In this document: positions 50,302 to 62,892 of the stretch, piece after piece
Numbering within the stretch: the stretch's first letter is position 1
How the letters are laid out: the number at the start of each line of letters is the position of its first letter
Assembly: GCF_030028105.1 (NCBI RefSeq)
Contig: NC_092393.1
Coordinates: 29,923,248-29,987,247 of the forward strand
Length of the DNA stretch: 64,000 bases
Direction: 5' to 3'
From: Mobula birostris
Taxonomy: Eukaryota
The notes under the pieces: generated by a model
The model's database searches: none
What the model saw: the letters and a program-made list of their open reading frames with translations, nothing else
Told to the model about the DNA's origin: nothing
Translations under genes and position numbers: made by a program

Positions 50302-52384
50302 CTGCAATAGACAAGCACTGAACTGTATAATCAATAGTTGCATAACCTTTCTACACTTGCTCCAATTCTGGGAAATAACAGCATTCCACCTTCTCATTTT
50401 TGTTTTGTTTTAAATTAGCTGCTCGCACAAATTATTAAAAAAGGCATTGCTTGAAATGTAAAGTATTACTTCCCTACTGTAAAATAATTTATTGCTATTA
50501 GCTTGAGTTTATAACTGGGATGATAGGATATTTGGAAGAAACTTCAAAGCCTTTCTCTTCCTGTGTTTTACTGGATTTTATATCCCCCTTTGAAACAAGG
50601 ACTTCCATTAAAACTACCAGTTGATACTTAAACTTTCTGCAAGCCTCAAAAGAAAGTGAAAACAATGCAAACCAAAATAGTACATTTTGAAGGTTCAGTG
50701 TAATATTTTAGATTTTGGAAAGAATTATATTTTTTGCACCAAATCAATTCTGCCATATTGTGTTAAATTATAGGGGCAATTCAATTTTAGTCATCATTGC
50801 TAAAATTCAACTACTTTATATTTATATAAAGATTTCAAATAAATTTACAATACATGCCTCACAAACAGTGAAGAATGTACAGTTACTGTAAGTCACAATT
50901 TGTACAAATATGTACTACATGGAACTAAGAATCACATTCACTACAGTTTTATCAGACAAGGATAGACATATACAAGGGTACTGGTAAGAGTTGTCCCTTT
51001 CTTGAGGTAATGTCCTTTTTTTTTTTAAAAAAAGGTTTAGTTGATGGATAAACTGCACTGTACACTAGTCACCCACTGCATGGTCTCACCTCAGCTGTTA
51101 AACACCTGAAGTAATGCAAAAGAATCTTCCACCACAAAGCTACTCAACTACAATGGTAGATGTTACCTGTGCCCAGGTACCACATAGCACCATAGGCATC
51201 AGTCTGTGGCAATCCATCTGGCAGAGAAATGGACTCCTACCAGACCTCACTGCCTTTGCCCCAAGCTGGAAGGTTGTGAATTGACACAGTGAAGTGGTGT
51301 ACTCAAATACCAGTGACCACAAAGAGACCATACACCAACAAATGACCATTCCATTCTCAAGAATTGTCTCTGAACAATACAAGTGTTGCTAACACCACAT
51401 TTGTGTTATATAATCACTGGAAAATATGAATTTAATAGCTGGATATGAAAGTAGGTGGATTATATTCACCCAGACAAGAGGGTAGATTGAATCACATTGA
51501 CTCAATTTGGACCCATGCTCCTAAGACTTGAAATGGAGCTCAGAATGCGAGTGTATTATTGTTAAACCAACATGACATTGTTGCTGTTGCTTACAGCTTT
51601 GAAACGGATATCCAAAATATCGTCTTTGAATAAGCTAATTGATTTTATTCCTCTGATCAATATAATTTTATAATTGGGATCTGTAACACAAACAGTAATG
51701 AGTAAAAATATTGGGTATAATTAATCATTTTCCTAGGTTTTGCTGTTCAAAGAGGAATTGAAGCTGGTTGTGAGATTGATTTATACACATGAGTTTGCAC
51801 ATTCACTTTCATCTGTAATACAAATCCACTCTATATGTTACCAACAAATTTGTCAAGGGAAGTCTTCGGTAACAAGTTCTGAGCTTGTCAACAATGCCTG
51901 TGTCTATAAAGGAGCATGAAGTATTTTGAATCAACACAAGCAGAAGGGCATGTGAAAGTTTAGATCCCACTCAGAAACTATTGTTAGAACCAGGGTTACA
52001 TTACTACAGTCTGTCATGGGCAATCACAAGATTCATCTCAATGTAGAATGCTTGGAGATTTTTAAGTTATCAGTAATGTTACTCTGGAGAATAACAAACT
52101 TGAAATGTGTAACATCTGCAAATGTTAAAACATACAGAGAGAAAAAAAATCAATATACTTATGTTTACCTATCACCTATTTAGACAATAATCACTGATGA
52201 AAATTGTACTACGTAAAGAAATCCAAAAAAAAAGCAGCATTTTCAACACAGAATCCACTATAGCTTGATATTTCCTTCTAGATGGTAGGTTTATTGAAAA
52301 AAAAATCAGTCTCTAAATGCAATACATCACCAGGAAGGTAATTTGTTAATCTCCACTGCAAGTTCCACAAGATAACTAATATTA

Positions 52385-52895
52385 TAACTGATTTGGGAAT
52401 TGCAAGGCATCTGACTGCAAGTCTCTACAAACGATTGCAAAGACTTTGTGAAGATCATCGGGGTGGCTGTACACCCAATAGAGATATTTATCAGCAGCGC
52501 TGCATACACAGGGCCCTTGGTATTGTCAGTGATCCCTCCCACCTGCCCAACCATCTCTTTGACTCCCTACCATCAGGCAGGAGGTACCATACCATTAGGA
52601 CAAGAACTGTTAGGATGGGAAACAGCATTTTCCACCAGGCTGGAAGACTCCCGAGCTCTGTCTCCATGCATGAATCTCATCATAAGTATGATCATTTATG
52701 GAGTGCCAGTGGCATTATACAGTTCACTTTTTAAAAAAAACTTGTATTATAAATGCACCTAATTAGTGGTAATATTACTTTGTGTTATGTGTGTGAGTTA
52801 TATGTATTGTGTTGTGCACCTTGGTCCAGAGAAATGTTGTTTCATTTGGCAGTGTACATGTGTACACTTGAACAACAATACACTGATCTTGAACC
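52385..52895 (+). mobile_element. Rex1/Babar-like 3' end
   Basis: DPSHLPNHLFDSLPSGRRYHTIRTRTVRMGNSIF. Confidence 0.8.
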
Positions 52896-54443
52896 AAATA
52901 TATCTGGGTTGCTCGGTAACATGTTGTACACCCTACACGTAGTTTGTCAGAGGAAGCAGTCAGAAGAATTGTAAATTAAAATTACCTCCACCCCATGTAG
53001 ATCTCTTTAAAAAGAGAAAATAATTTTAAAAGACCTTCAGCAAACATGTACATTTACTGCTATGTTAAAAGAAAATAAAGGACAAGCAATGTAACAGAAT
53101 TTAGTTCCACACTAAAGTTCAACTTAAATTTTCATTCAAATTTAAAGGAAGGCTAATTGATTAGGATCAACATGAAGTTCTTTTATTTAAATTGCAGATA
53201 AAGGAACAGTGAATCTAACAACGCAGAGTATTCCTTCTGGTCATATTCTATCAACTGTGCTGGTACAGTGTCACTGTGTTTCAATTCACCACTCATTTAG
53301 TTCGGTTTTAGTTATTCGCAGACATTGCACAACATGAAACAGTAGATATCATATGACCCAGTTTCAAGAAACTGGGCTGAACACCAGAAATCACTATCAA
53401 ACTCTAATACTAATAAGCAATTTCACTGAGTCATCCTCTGTAGTCCAGTTACATAGGGAAGGAGAATAAGGGGGTTTTTGTTATCAACATTTAACACAAC
53501 AGAAATGGTTATTCATTAAGCTATTTTTAAAACTGAAGTTCAGTGAGTTCACCCAAATTAAGTGTTTTTTTTTGGGGTAAATAAAATCCTACTCTATAGG
53601 CTCTTTGATTTGTCGTCTGTTCCCACCCAAACCCCTCCACCCACTGAGAAACTGCTATTCATCAGAAATTTCCACTTCTATGAAGAGTAGAGCATCAACA
53701 TTTTATCCAATTGACAGCATTTGAGGCTGGATCCTTGAATTTAAACAGACAAGCAACATCATAAATGCTAAATAAAGCAGGAAAGACAACCAAGGCTGCT
53801 GAGATCAAAGCCAGATGCCACCTCCCCCCCCAGGTAAAATTTAGTTTTAACTGTCAGTAATAAGAAAATCTAAGATTTTAAATTGTTCTTTTGAAAATCT
53901 TACCAAATTTGAGTAATATGACAAAATCACTTGGTTAATACTATAAATAATGTAGAATAATTGTGGAGACATTGGAGATACAGTGAGAAGATTATGACTT
54001 AATGGAAATTTTAAAAATATATTTTACTGAGAGGGAAAATCACTTGTTGGTTTGAGAGTCACTGATAAAAGATCATCAATTTATAATTACCAAGGGAATA
54101 TAGGAGCTTGGTTAAATTTCTTTAGCATTATTAGGAGCCCAAAATTGTTTGCCAAAATAGAAATCACTCCATGATTCAAATGAAGATTAGAAAAATAAAC
54201 TGCTGTGGGAAGAGAGCAGGCTCTCAGATTTGGATTGTTGCAATAATGAACTGGCAGCTACACAAAGGGCAGAATGGATCCTTTCTCTGCTAAACATTTA
54301 TAACGTGCTGCTTTCACATTTGTAGAGTAAACTTTGGTTGTAATGCAGTATTTGCAAATTTGTTGGTATAGTCACCTGGCATTAGTAGGCAACTTGATAA
54401 AAAACCACTTTAAATGCAACTTACCTGACAATTATTTTTCCAA

Positions 54444-54668
54444 AGCAACACACAAATCCTGGAGGAACTCAGCAGGCCAGGCAGCATCTACGGAAGAGTA
54501 AGCTGCTGACATTTCAGGCTGTGACCCTTTTTCAGGATTAAAGAAGGGTCTTCGCCTGAAACATTACTGTTTACTATTTTCCATAGATGCTACCCGACCT
54601 GCTGAGTTCCTCCAGCATTGAGTGTGTTGCTTTGGATTTCCAATGTCTGCATATTTTCTTCTGTTTAG
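54444..54668. mobile_element. Fold-back miniature PLE-terminus element (older)
   Basis: Inverted arms aaagcaacac..ctggaggaactcagcagg..gcatcta / tagatgc..cctgctgagttcctccag..gtgttgcttt; 15-bp flanking repeat caattattttt(c/t)caa (54429-43, 54669-83). Confidence 0.85.
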
Positions 54669-55459
54669 CAATTATTTTTTCAAGCACATTTTATAAAATT
54701 AATCACGTGATATCAGTCATCATATAAGAATACTGTGAGTTGACACCTACATTAATGTGACAGATGGGAGAAGGGAACACAACATTTATACATAGATAGG
54801 ATTGCTCTACTTGGTGGCATCAAAAAATGGCAACATTAAGCCTACTCTAGTTCTTGTTGATGTTCACCAGGCACTCCCACTAGCCACTTACTGCAACCAT
54901 AAAACAACTGCAAACAGCTACAGAGTTTAAAGAAAGTTTGAGGCAAGTTTTATTTTGGAAGAAATACTAAGTGGTAGATGCCTGGAACACAGCACTAGGG
55001 GAAGCGGTGAAACAGATACAGGAACAATGTTAAGCATTAGGGGAACTTAGGTGGCACATGAACAAGTTTGGAATGGAAGGATATTGTGTTTAGGCAGATG
55101 AGATCAGTTTAATTTGGCATTATGATCGGCACATCAAAGGCAGAAGTTCCTGAGCTACACCACACTATGTTCCACCGCTTATAATGATAAGAGGGTGGAC
55201 TAGGTTTTAGATCTATGGTACAATGAAACTTGGCTTTCAACACTAATTATTAAGTTTATGATGTGATTTTATAGATGAATTATGGAATATCTTGTTGAAG
55301 GATTAGATCAGTAAACTACACTACTGGTTATTTCAATCCCAATTTAAAAGCCACTCCTTTACTGAAAAAAATGCAATCACAGTAACTTGGATGAAGTTAT
55401 TTGTCTGTTAGCTCAGAAACAACACGTAAAATCAGATATAATGCATAAAAATGAATTAC

Positions 55460-55594
55460 CAGGGCAAGCAGAGGCAAACATTGGTAAAGCATGTTGATTT
55501 TGGCTTCTCTGGTAAAAGCGCTGAACAAATTCTCTTTGACTCTCGAGAAGACTGAAATCAGCTGCCAATATCATATTGAAGACATAATGAACCC
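55460..55594 (-). CDS. NARF: NARF coding exon 5 (135 nt)
   Basis: tttcag|(G)VHYVFNMILAADFSLLESQREFVQRFYQRSQNQHALPMFASACP(G)|gtaat. Confidence 0.97.
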
Positions 55595-56324
55595 CTGAAA
55601 AGAACAAATTGCATTGATTATCAGCAAAAAAAAAAAAAAAAAAAAAAAAAATCCTTCTACTGGAAAGTACATGGAAGTTAACTTCTACTGGAAGTATTTT
55701 TCTATCACATTGTATTCCAGCATCTTTTTTTTTTAAAAATCAGATTTATAGCAGATTTGATATTTTAACTCTCAACAAGATTTGACTGAATGTTTTCTTT
55801 CCACAGATCTGGATAGCATCCTCACTGTTAAGTAGTGCCCAAAGGGTAGCTCAAAGAAAGCATCTAACCTCAGGTGCATAGATTAATGCATGCACATTTT
55901 TCTGCCAATATAGAAATTAAACACTAAGAAACCATTTCAGTGTAACATTGATTTTATTCCAGCAACTCAAGTTCCCAAGTATATACCACAAAACCCTGCC
56001 ATTAACATTGTGTACTCCACATTTTGTGTACAATTCCAAACTGATTTAAAACACTTTAGTAAACAAACAGTGATGCCAATAAGTTATCCAATCTGAGCAA
56101 CATCTGATGCAGTAAGCTTGCGCCAACTCACTTATGCTCAGGGTCAGCACACTTGCATACATTACTTGAGCTTTTACAGATTTGTCTTCTCAGAGAAATT
56201 CTGCTTGAAAACGTGAGTTGAATCTAACTTTCCACTTCAAAGTTAAACAGCTTTAGTTTACATCTTTATGTCGCATATTAAAATGAAGTTTGATTAAAAA
56301 TAAGACAAGCTAAATATTACTTAC

Positions 56325-56457
56325 CGATGCTTTTCAAGAATCCAGAAAGTCTTTGGGTTACATCAGCAACATTTATACAGTGCTTAGCAGCAAAATAGGG
56401 CAGTGACTGAGGGGAAATTGAAACTACCAGCACTTTATGTTTGGACTCATCACATCT
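56325..56457 (-). CDS. NARF: NARF coding exon 4 (133 nt)
   Basis: ccacag|RCDESKHKVLVVSISPQSLPYFAAKHCINVADVTQRLSGFLKSI(G)|gtaag. Confidence 0.97.
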
Positions 56458-57631
56458 CTGTGGAAAAGAATGAACAAAAATTACTAAGATCCATTTATTA
56501 TAACTGGTTAATTAACTTATGTGCATTGCAGCTAGGTGCATAGAATACTTACCGAACAAGTGAAGGCTGTGAAAGGCAAAATCCAGGATGAGGTTTTCAG
56601 TAATTGTGCCAAAGAGTCAAACGGCAAAGGAAGGAGCCAATCAGCCCACTTCACTCATTGTGCCCAATTACACTAATCCCATTTGCCCACATAGGACTGT
56701 ATCCCTCAATAAATTGTCCATCTCAGTGCATATTAAACATGGTTGGGATACAGATATTTTACAGGAAGTCATCAGCATGGATCCTCAAGACAATGCCAAT
56801 TTGAATACAACATTATGTATCTAATTTGATTGGGGCTGAGCAGTCGAGGAAGAAACCGGCAAGGGACAGAGATATGCCTGTATCAGTCATGTCCAACATA
56901 ACGAGAACTGGCAAAAATTATGTTTGTAAAAAGTGTTGTTTGTATGCTCTCTATGCAATAAATTTGGGGGATACAGTAAATGCCCTTGATACTCACAGCA
57001 GAGTATTGGGGGGGAAAAAATCTACTAGGTGTCCTTATTCAGATTTGAGTCCAATGAATCTGCCACTGACTGAAGCGAATACAAACTGGACCAGGCCCAC
57101 ATGCAGTCAAACAACCTGGCAATTTTGCAAACTTCCTTCAGGGAAGAGTTTAAGTGCTGGAATTCTCTTCAAGCAAGAGCAAAAAAAAAAAAAAAAAAAT
57201 CAATCCAGCAAAGTAAATTGATGTTTATGCTTACTGCATGCACTGAGAAGTTAAAGAGAGCTTACTACATTCAGTGACATTACTTGACTACACAATTGCT
57301 TGATGGAAACCCTTCAACACCCTGGCAAGTGCAATAGTCAAGTTTTCCTGATGAACAGGTGAGAAACACATTCACTAGATTTCCATTTGAGATGAAAACG
57401 AAGCTCCATACATCAGTTTAATAAAAAGAAAACAAATAGTTATTTCCTAACATTGCAAGGCATTGAGTCACTGAGATTTTACAAATACTTCCTTGTATGT
57501 AGTAACATGAGAATAGCTGACATCTATTCATTATAAAGTGAATCCTTTTAACTTGACTTGTAAGAATTACTTAATTGCTTCTTCCAGATTTTAATGAGGA
57601 AATGCTCACGAATTCTATTTGCATTATGTAG

Positions 57632-57692
57632 TACTGTACAAATGTTTTAGGCACATAAATATAGCTAGGGTGCTTAAGACTTTTGCATAGTA
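57632..57692. mobile_element. Very small Tc1-like MITE (~60 bp)
   Basis: TActgtacaaatgttttaggcac ... gtgcttaagacttttgcatagTA imperfect inverted repeat. Confidence 0.6.
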
Positions 57693-58430
57693 TAGTAGTA
57701 ATTTTATTATTGCACTGTACTGCTGCCATAAGAAAATTAAATTTTAATTACATGTGAGTGATGATCATTCTGTAATGATCAGTAAACCAATTGTTTAGAA
57801 TCAAATGATCTTGCCTGGTGTCTCAGAGCTGGGTGTGTCTGCACTCATTCGCAACCCCCCCGGGCCACTTGTCCTACATCCCTCCTGCAGTTCTCCACCC
57901 TCACCATTCCCAACATCTTCTGTTCCCGCTAGATTTACAAACTCGCTCTCCACTCCACGTTGACAAATGCTGCACTGTGCCAAAGCCTTGGTCACCCTAG
58001 CTATATGTGCCTATCCGTATATTACCCTGCGAAAGTACTTCTACAAAGTGTTGCTGGGGAAGGAGTTACAGAACTTTGATTGACCAATTATGAGAAAAAA
58101 TGTAAAACAGGGACCTGCATGAGGGAGTACCATCCAGCAATTTCCCCATTCTTTAAGACAGCATTCATAGGTTTCAACTGAGTTGACATTTGAGCAGGCT
58201 GAAATGCTGAAGCAGCCTTGGTAATGAGTGGAGTACCATTGGCTTTAACGCTGTTGGTCCAGTTGAGAGACTATACTATGTTTTACTTAATAGGTATCTT
58301 TTAATATCTTGTCTACCTCAGGAGAGACAACTGGCCTATATTAAGAATGTATCCCTACTTGCCTGGCACTTCCAAAATTACCTTCTCTCCTTTCACCAGC
58401 CAGCTCCCCCTCACCGCACCCCCATCTCCT

Positions 58431-59193
58431 GTCCCCAACCACCGGGCCGCGGACTGGTACCGGGCCACAGAGCATGTGCTACCGGGCCGTGAGGAAACCA
58501 TACGAGTCAGTTGCACCTTTCCTCATTCCCTGTCATGCACTGCTAAACTTGAACATAGGGTTGCCAACTGTCCCGTATTTGCCAGGACATCCCGTATATT
58601 GGGCTAACTTGGTTTGTCCCATATTTCCTCCGCTAAGGTAGAGCGTCCCTATGAAACCTTTCGTGCTGAAATGGCGTGAAGCGAAGAAGCAATTATCATT
58701 ATTTTATATGGGAAAAATTTTTGCGCATTCCCAGACCCAAAAAAACCCTAACAAATCATACCAAATAACACAAAGCCGAAAATAAATAACACTAACATAT
58801 AGTAAAAGCAGGAATGATAATGATAAATACACAGCCTATATAAAGTAGAAATAATGTATGTACAGTATAGTCGGGAAGATGAAGGCAAAACCGATTTGTG
58901 GGGGGGGGGGGGGGGGAGAGAACAACCGGCACGTACGCGCATATCACATGCACACGTCACGCGCCCGCGCAAGGCTTCATAGTAGTCTTTCCTGGGGTAA
59001 AGTGTCCCAGGATTTGACTGCTACATTTGTCCGTTATTTGGGAGTGAGAAAGCTGGCAACCCTAGCTGTAAAAGACATGTTGATGTGCGTTTAACCCTAT
59101 TTGAACACCCCTCCCCCCACCGGGTCGGCCGGTCCGCAAGAATATTGTCAATATTAAACCGGTCCGCGGTGCAAGAGAGGTTGGGGACCCCTG
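58431..59193. mobile_element. Composite hAT-type MITE with nested hAT element and Tigger fragment
   Basis: Outer ends gtccccaacc / ggttggggacccctg; inner TAGGGTT..AACCCTA (58556-59099) with (c/t)ttgaaca 8-bp flanks; 58625-58850 is the reverse complement of the Tigger end at ~6413-6645. Confidence 0.75.
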
Positions 59194-59892
59194 CTATTGA
59201 AAGTGAATATTCTGAAAGGCCTGACTTTGTAAACACAGAATCAATTCATTGTGTTAGCCTGTAGCAAGTCATCCAGCCTCACACTTTGCTTGCAGCTACA
59301 GGTTGTGTAGTGCTGGATAAAGGCTGCCACATACTCAGGGGTGGGGTTCTGCATCTTTTGCAATAGTCATTTTATCACTGGAAGGAAGAGGTCAGGATAA
59401 CCTCCACCTACATGAGAAATAATTTGACAGCATTGTTTAGACAGCTGTCAAAATGTTACTGAAATGCTTCTAATTATTTCACTCCTTATAAAAACCCAAG
59501 CTATTTTTAAAAAATCCTAACATACCAAAAAAAAAATCTAGAGAAGCTGTTACATATTGCAGACATATCTGCAGCCAGTTTCCACTAAATTCTTTGCCTA
59601 TACCATATGTAACCAGATCCAACCAGAATTCCCAGGTTAGTGCTGGACAATCTATACAACTTCATGCTTCACTGCTGTACTCCATAAAGGGACGAGCAAA
59701 CAAGTCTTAGCATCACACATTTTCAGGTATTTATAAAAATCTGCATGTGTGAAAACTCCCAACATTACTGGTAACTGTTCAGGGAAATAGCAATATTTCT
59801 GCACAATATCTGTTTGGTATACTGTCAACTGGCATAAATTAAATGCTTGATATTCTGGGACTTCAAGAGCTTTGCCCTGCTAACTTTTTTTT

Positions 59893-60190
59893 TTAGGCAT
59901 CCATTAGTCTCAAGAGACCATGGATTTGCGCCTTGGAAGGTATCCATGGAGCAGGCCTGGGCAAGATTGTATGGAAGACCAGCAGCTTCCCATGCTGCAA
60001 GTCTCTCCTCTCCATGCCACCGGTGTTGTCCAAGGGAAGGGCATTAGGACCCATACAGCTTGGCACCGGTGTCATCACAAAGCAATGTGTGGTAAAGTGC
60101 CTTGCTCAAGGACACACGCTGCCTCAGCCAAGGCTCGAACTAGCGACCTTCAAATCACTAGACGAATGCCTTAACCACTTGGCCATGTGC
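59893..60190 (-). mobile_element. tRNA-derived SINE
   Basis: Minus strand head ggcacatggccaagtggttaaggc (A box) .. gctagttcgagcc (B box), then gtgtccttgagcaaggcactt; A-rich tail. Confidence 0.8.
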
Positions 60191-62409
60191 CAACCCTGCT
60201 AACTAATACATCACTAAACTATCACTACTTTTCCTATACACAATATACTATAAGCTCAAATATTTACTGTTACCAATTTATGTTCAAGTTATAAATAAAC
60301 TACATGATCTATTTTATACACTGCAAATTTACAATTACATATTCTGTACCTGACATGATATCATCTGTGATTTGAGCACAATCAATACAATGCACTTATA
60401 TTTAACGCAAAATTATCTGTATAGCATGACAACAAACAAATTTCCAACATTCAAACAATTATAGGCCATCTTTGACACAACCACATCAATTCATTACATA
60501 CTGGCCCACAACCATCAATATTTGAAAGTCATTGATCTTGGAACAATCACTTCAAGTCAACTAAATTGGATAGAAACATTCAAGTGGCTTTTAAGACAAT
60601 TAATTTCTGAGCTTAATGGTTTGCACCATCAAAATAAAAATGGAGCTGAAATGCCAGCAATGGAGATTTTACTTTGGATGACACTCAGATACTATTCCAC
60701 TCTAATAATTATCATATTTAATTGACATCTTTGCCTGCCGAAGTAAAGAGTACAAAGTGAGCCTCATGGTACATCAGCACAGCTGGATGACTTCAGTATT
60801 TTTCATTATGACACCCCACAACACATGCCAGCACCTAACTTTGAAATAAGTCTTTTTTGTAACCTGAACCAGAGAGGTTCAACCTGGACAGCTAATTACA
60901 GCTGTGTTCTAAAGTACAATTGCCCGTCACATTTTGATAGTGGCAAGATGTGGCACATATTTTTGTGCAGGCAACGATATTAAACGCCACCACTTTAAGT
61001 GAAAAGCCACCAAACATACAGGCACCATCACAAAGGAAATGTGAACCATATGCTTTGCACTTCAATGGCATATACTTCAAATGTACAAGCACTCTTTTGA
61101 TATACACCTGTTATACTATTCTCTATTTCAGGTTTTTGAAGCTTCTAACTACTGGGGTGTACTGGTATATTAACAATACTAAGCAGGCTCACTTTATCAT
61201 TTAATGGGCATTGGTTACTTCCTAAAAGGAAATGTTATCAGCTGATCAAGAAATCAATTTGCTAAGCTCTTCAATACCCTTTCAAGAACTCTTGCTTATA
61301 AAGTTACACAAGCCTAGGATTTTTCATTGCAGAAATAATCGTTTGACTCAATTCACCCTTAAATATTTGGATTCATACTTCACAACCATTTGCAATCAAT
61401 ATCATGGCTATCAGAGCTGCATTGCTAATAGAACTGCTGCCTCCAATTCTCCAATGTGAATCCATTCCTGAATTCAGGCGATATTTTAATGGAGTTCATA
61501 TAATCTCTCTGTGATACCATGGGCTTTCTCAAAGTGCTGTAGTTTCTTCTTATATGCCAATGATGTGTGGTTTCAGGTTATCGGTTGTGCCTAATACAAG
61601 AGGCAGAATCTAGATCAACTTGATGGGGGGGGGGGGGGAGAAAAACATGGGTGCTTAATGGTCAGCCTACACTTGAAGGACCAAAGGGTCTGGTTTTTTG
61701 CTGTACAACTCTGGTATAGACATTTGAAAGCATAAGCTGGAACATGCTAGAGTACAGGATATAGGATAAATGTCCTAAGTTTAATCCCCCCCCCCCCAAC
61801 AATTTCATCCCCAACTGACTTTAGAAGTATGAAATGATTGGAAGACAACAGCAACAGGCAAACCATATTTTGGCCATTTATCTCCTCCACCAATGACAAA
61901 AAGAAAAACAAATTAGGTTGAATTCATGACAAATAAAGGGATGGTGTGGGGGGGGGGGGGAGGGAGGAGAGATGGTGTTGCCTGAGAAAATTAACAGAAA
62001 ATCTTGTTGCAAAAAAGTTATAAACTTCCAGGCCTAAGCAAGACCCCACAAGTGAGACCTCAGCAGTTTGTTGCTCCTTTTCTGTACCTCAGAGAGACAT
62101 AAATTTCCTCTATTAAAATGTCCTTCGAATATAGGTTCCAGCTGTAACTTTTGTTGCTAGTTTAAAATGTGTTTACGGTGTAAATCGCATAGTTACATGA
62201 GGCGCACAAGGAATATCCTGGGAAATCCCATTCATGCAAAGCGAACAAAAACTGAAAAAAAATCTGGTAGTTTGTGGCTCCATATGACCAAACGGCAACG
62301 ACACTAACAATAGGTGCATCTTAAGAACAAAATTCTGGCCCAGTTTTACAGCAATTTACAGAAAGCATGAATTTAATGGCCTTTGTCTTCCCCATACAGT
62401 GTATTTTAC

Positions 62410-62550
62410 CTGATTGAGGTCAAGCACAGTTAAAAACTCCTGGTATTGCTGGGCAATCCGCGAACCTTCCGTGGGCGTCACGCAATTTTCACAAGCCAGG
62501 CAGTCAGTAAGGAATATTTTTGCATTCGCCAACTTATGAAATTCGCTTTC
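62410..62550 (-). CDS. NARF: NARF coding exon 3 (141 nt)
   Basis: tcaaag|ESEFHKLANAKIFLTDCLACENCVTPTEGSRIAQQYQEFLTVLDLNQ|gtaaa. Confidence 0.97.
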
Positions 62551-62644
62551 CTTTGAAAGAATAAAAACAAACATTTAGTAAGCACGAATCAAACATTTAC
62601 CATTGAAGTATTTTTCTCCCCCACCCCCCCGCTCGGTGTGTTAC

Positions 62645-62728
62645 CTCGTCTATATCACTGGTGCTTGAGCTTTTCCTGTCGATGACCAGACGTTCGTTTT
62701 CGTCATTTATCCGTTTTTTACTACATTC
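62645..62728 (-). CDS. NARF: NARF coding exon 2 (84 nt)
   Basis: atccag|ECSKKRINDENERLVIDRKSSSTSDIDE|gtaac. Confidence 0.92.
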
Positions 62729-62865
62729 CTGGATTAAAACATCAGCCGTTGTCAATAACAACACTCAGCTTGCTAGAAACCACATGCCTACGCATTGTTA
62801 CAATGCACATATAGGGAAGGAATAACATTTTAAAAACTAACCAAGGACAAAGGATTTTTATTTAC

Positions 62866-62892
62866 CTTCTTAGTGCATTTGTCACACTTCAT
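62866..62892 (-). CDS. NARF: NARF first coding exon (27 nt)
   Basis: ATG..MKCDKCTKK|gtaaa; corresponds to human MKCEHCTRK. Summed exons give 1380 nt = 459 aa plus stop. Confidence 0.93.

Noticed and set aside
37173-62892. Calling the gene CIAO3/NARFL
   Set aside because: MKCxxCTxK start, FHKLAxAKIFLxDCLAC, [12 protein letters not shown] and DIKW end match NARF better; the CIAO3 N-terminal DDFIxPSQxCIKP motif is absent.
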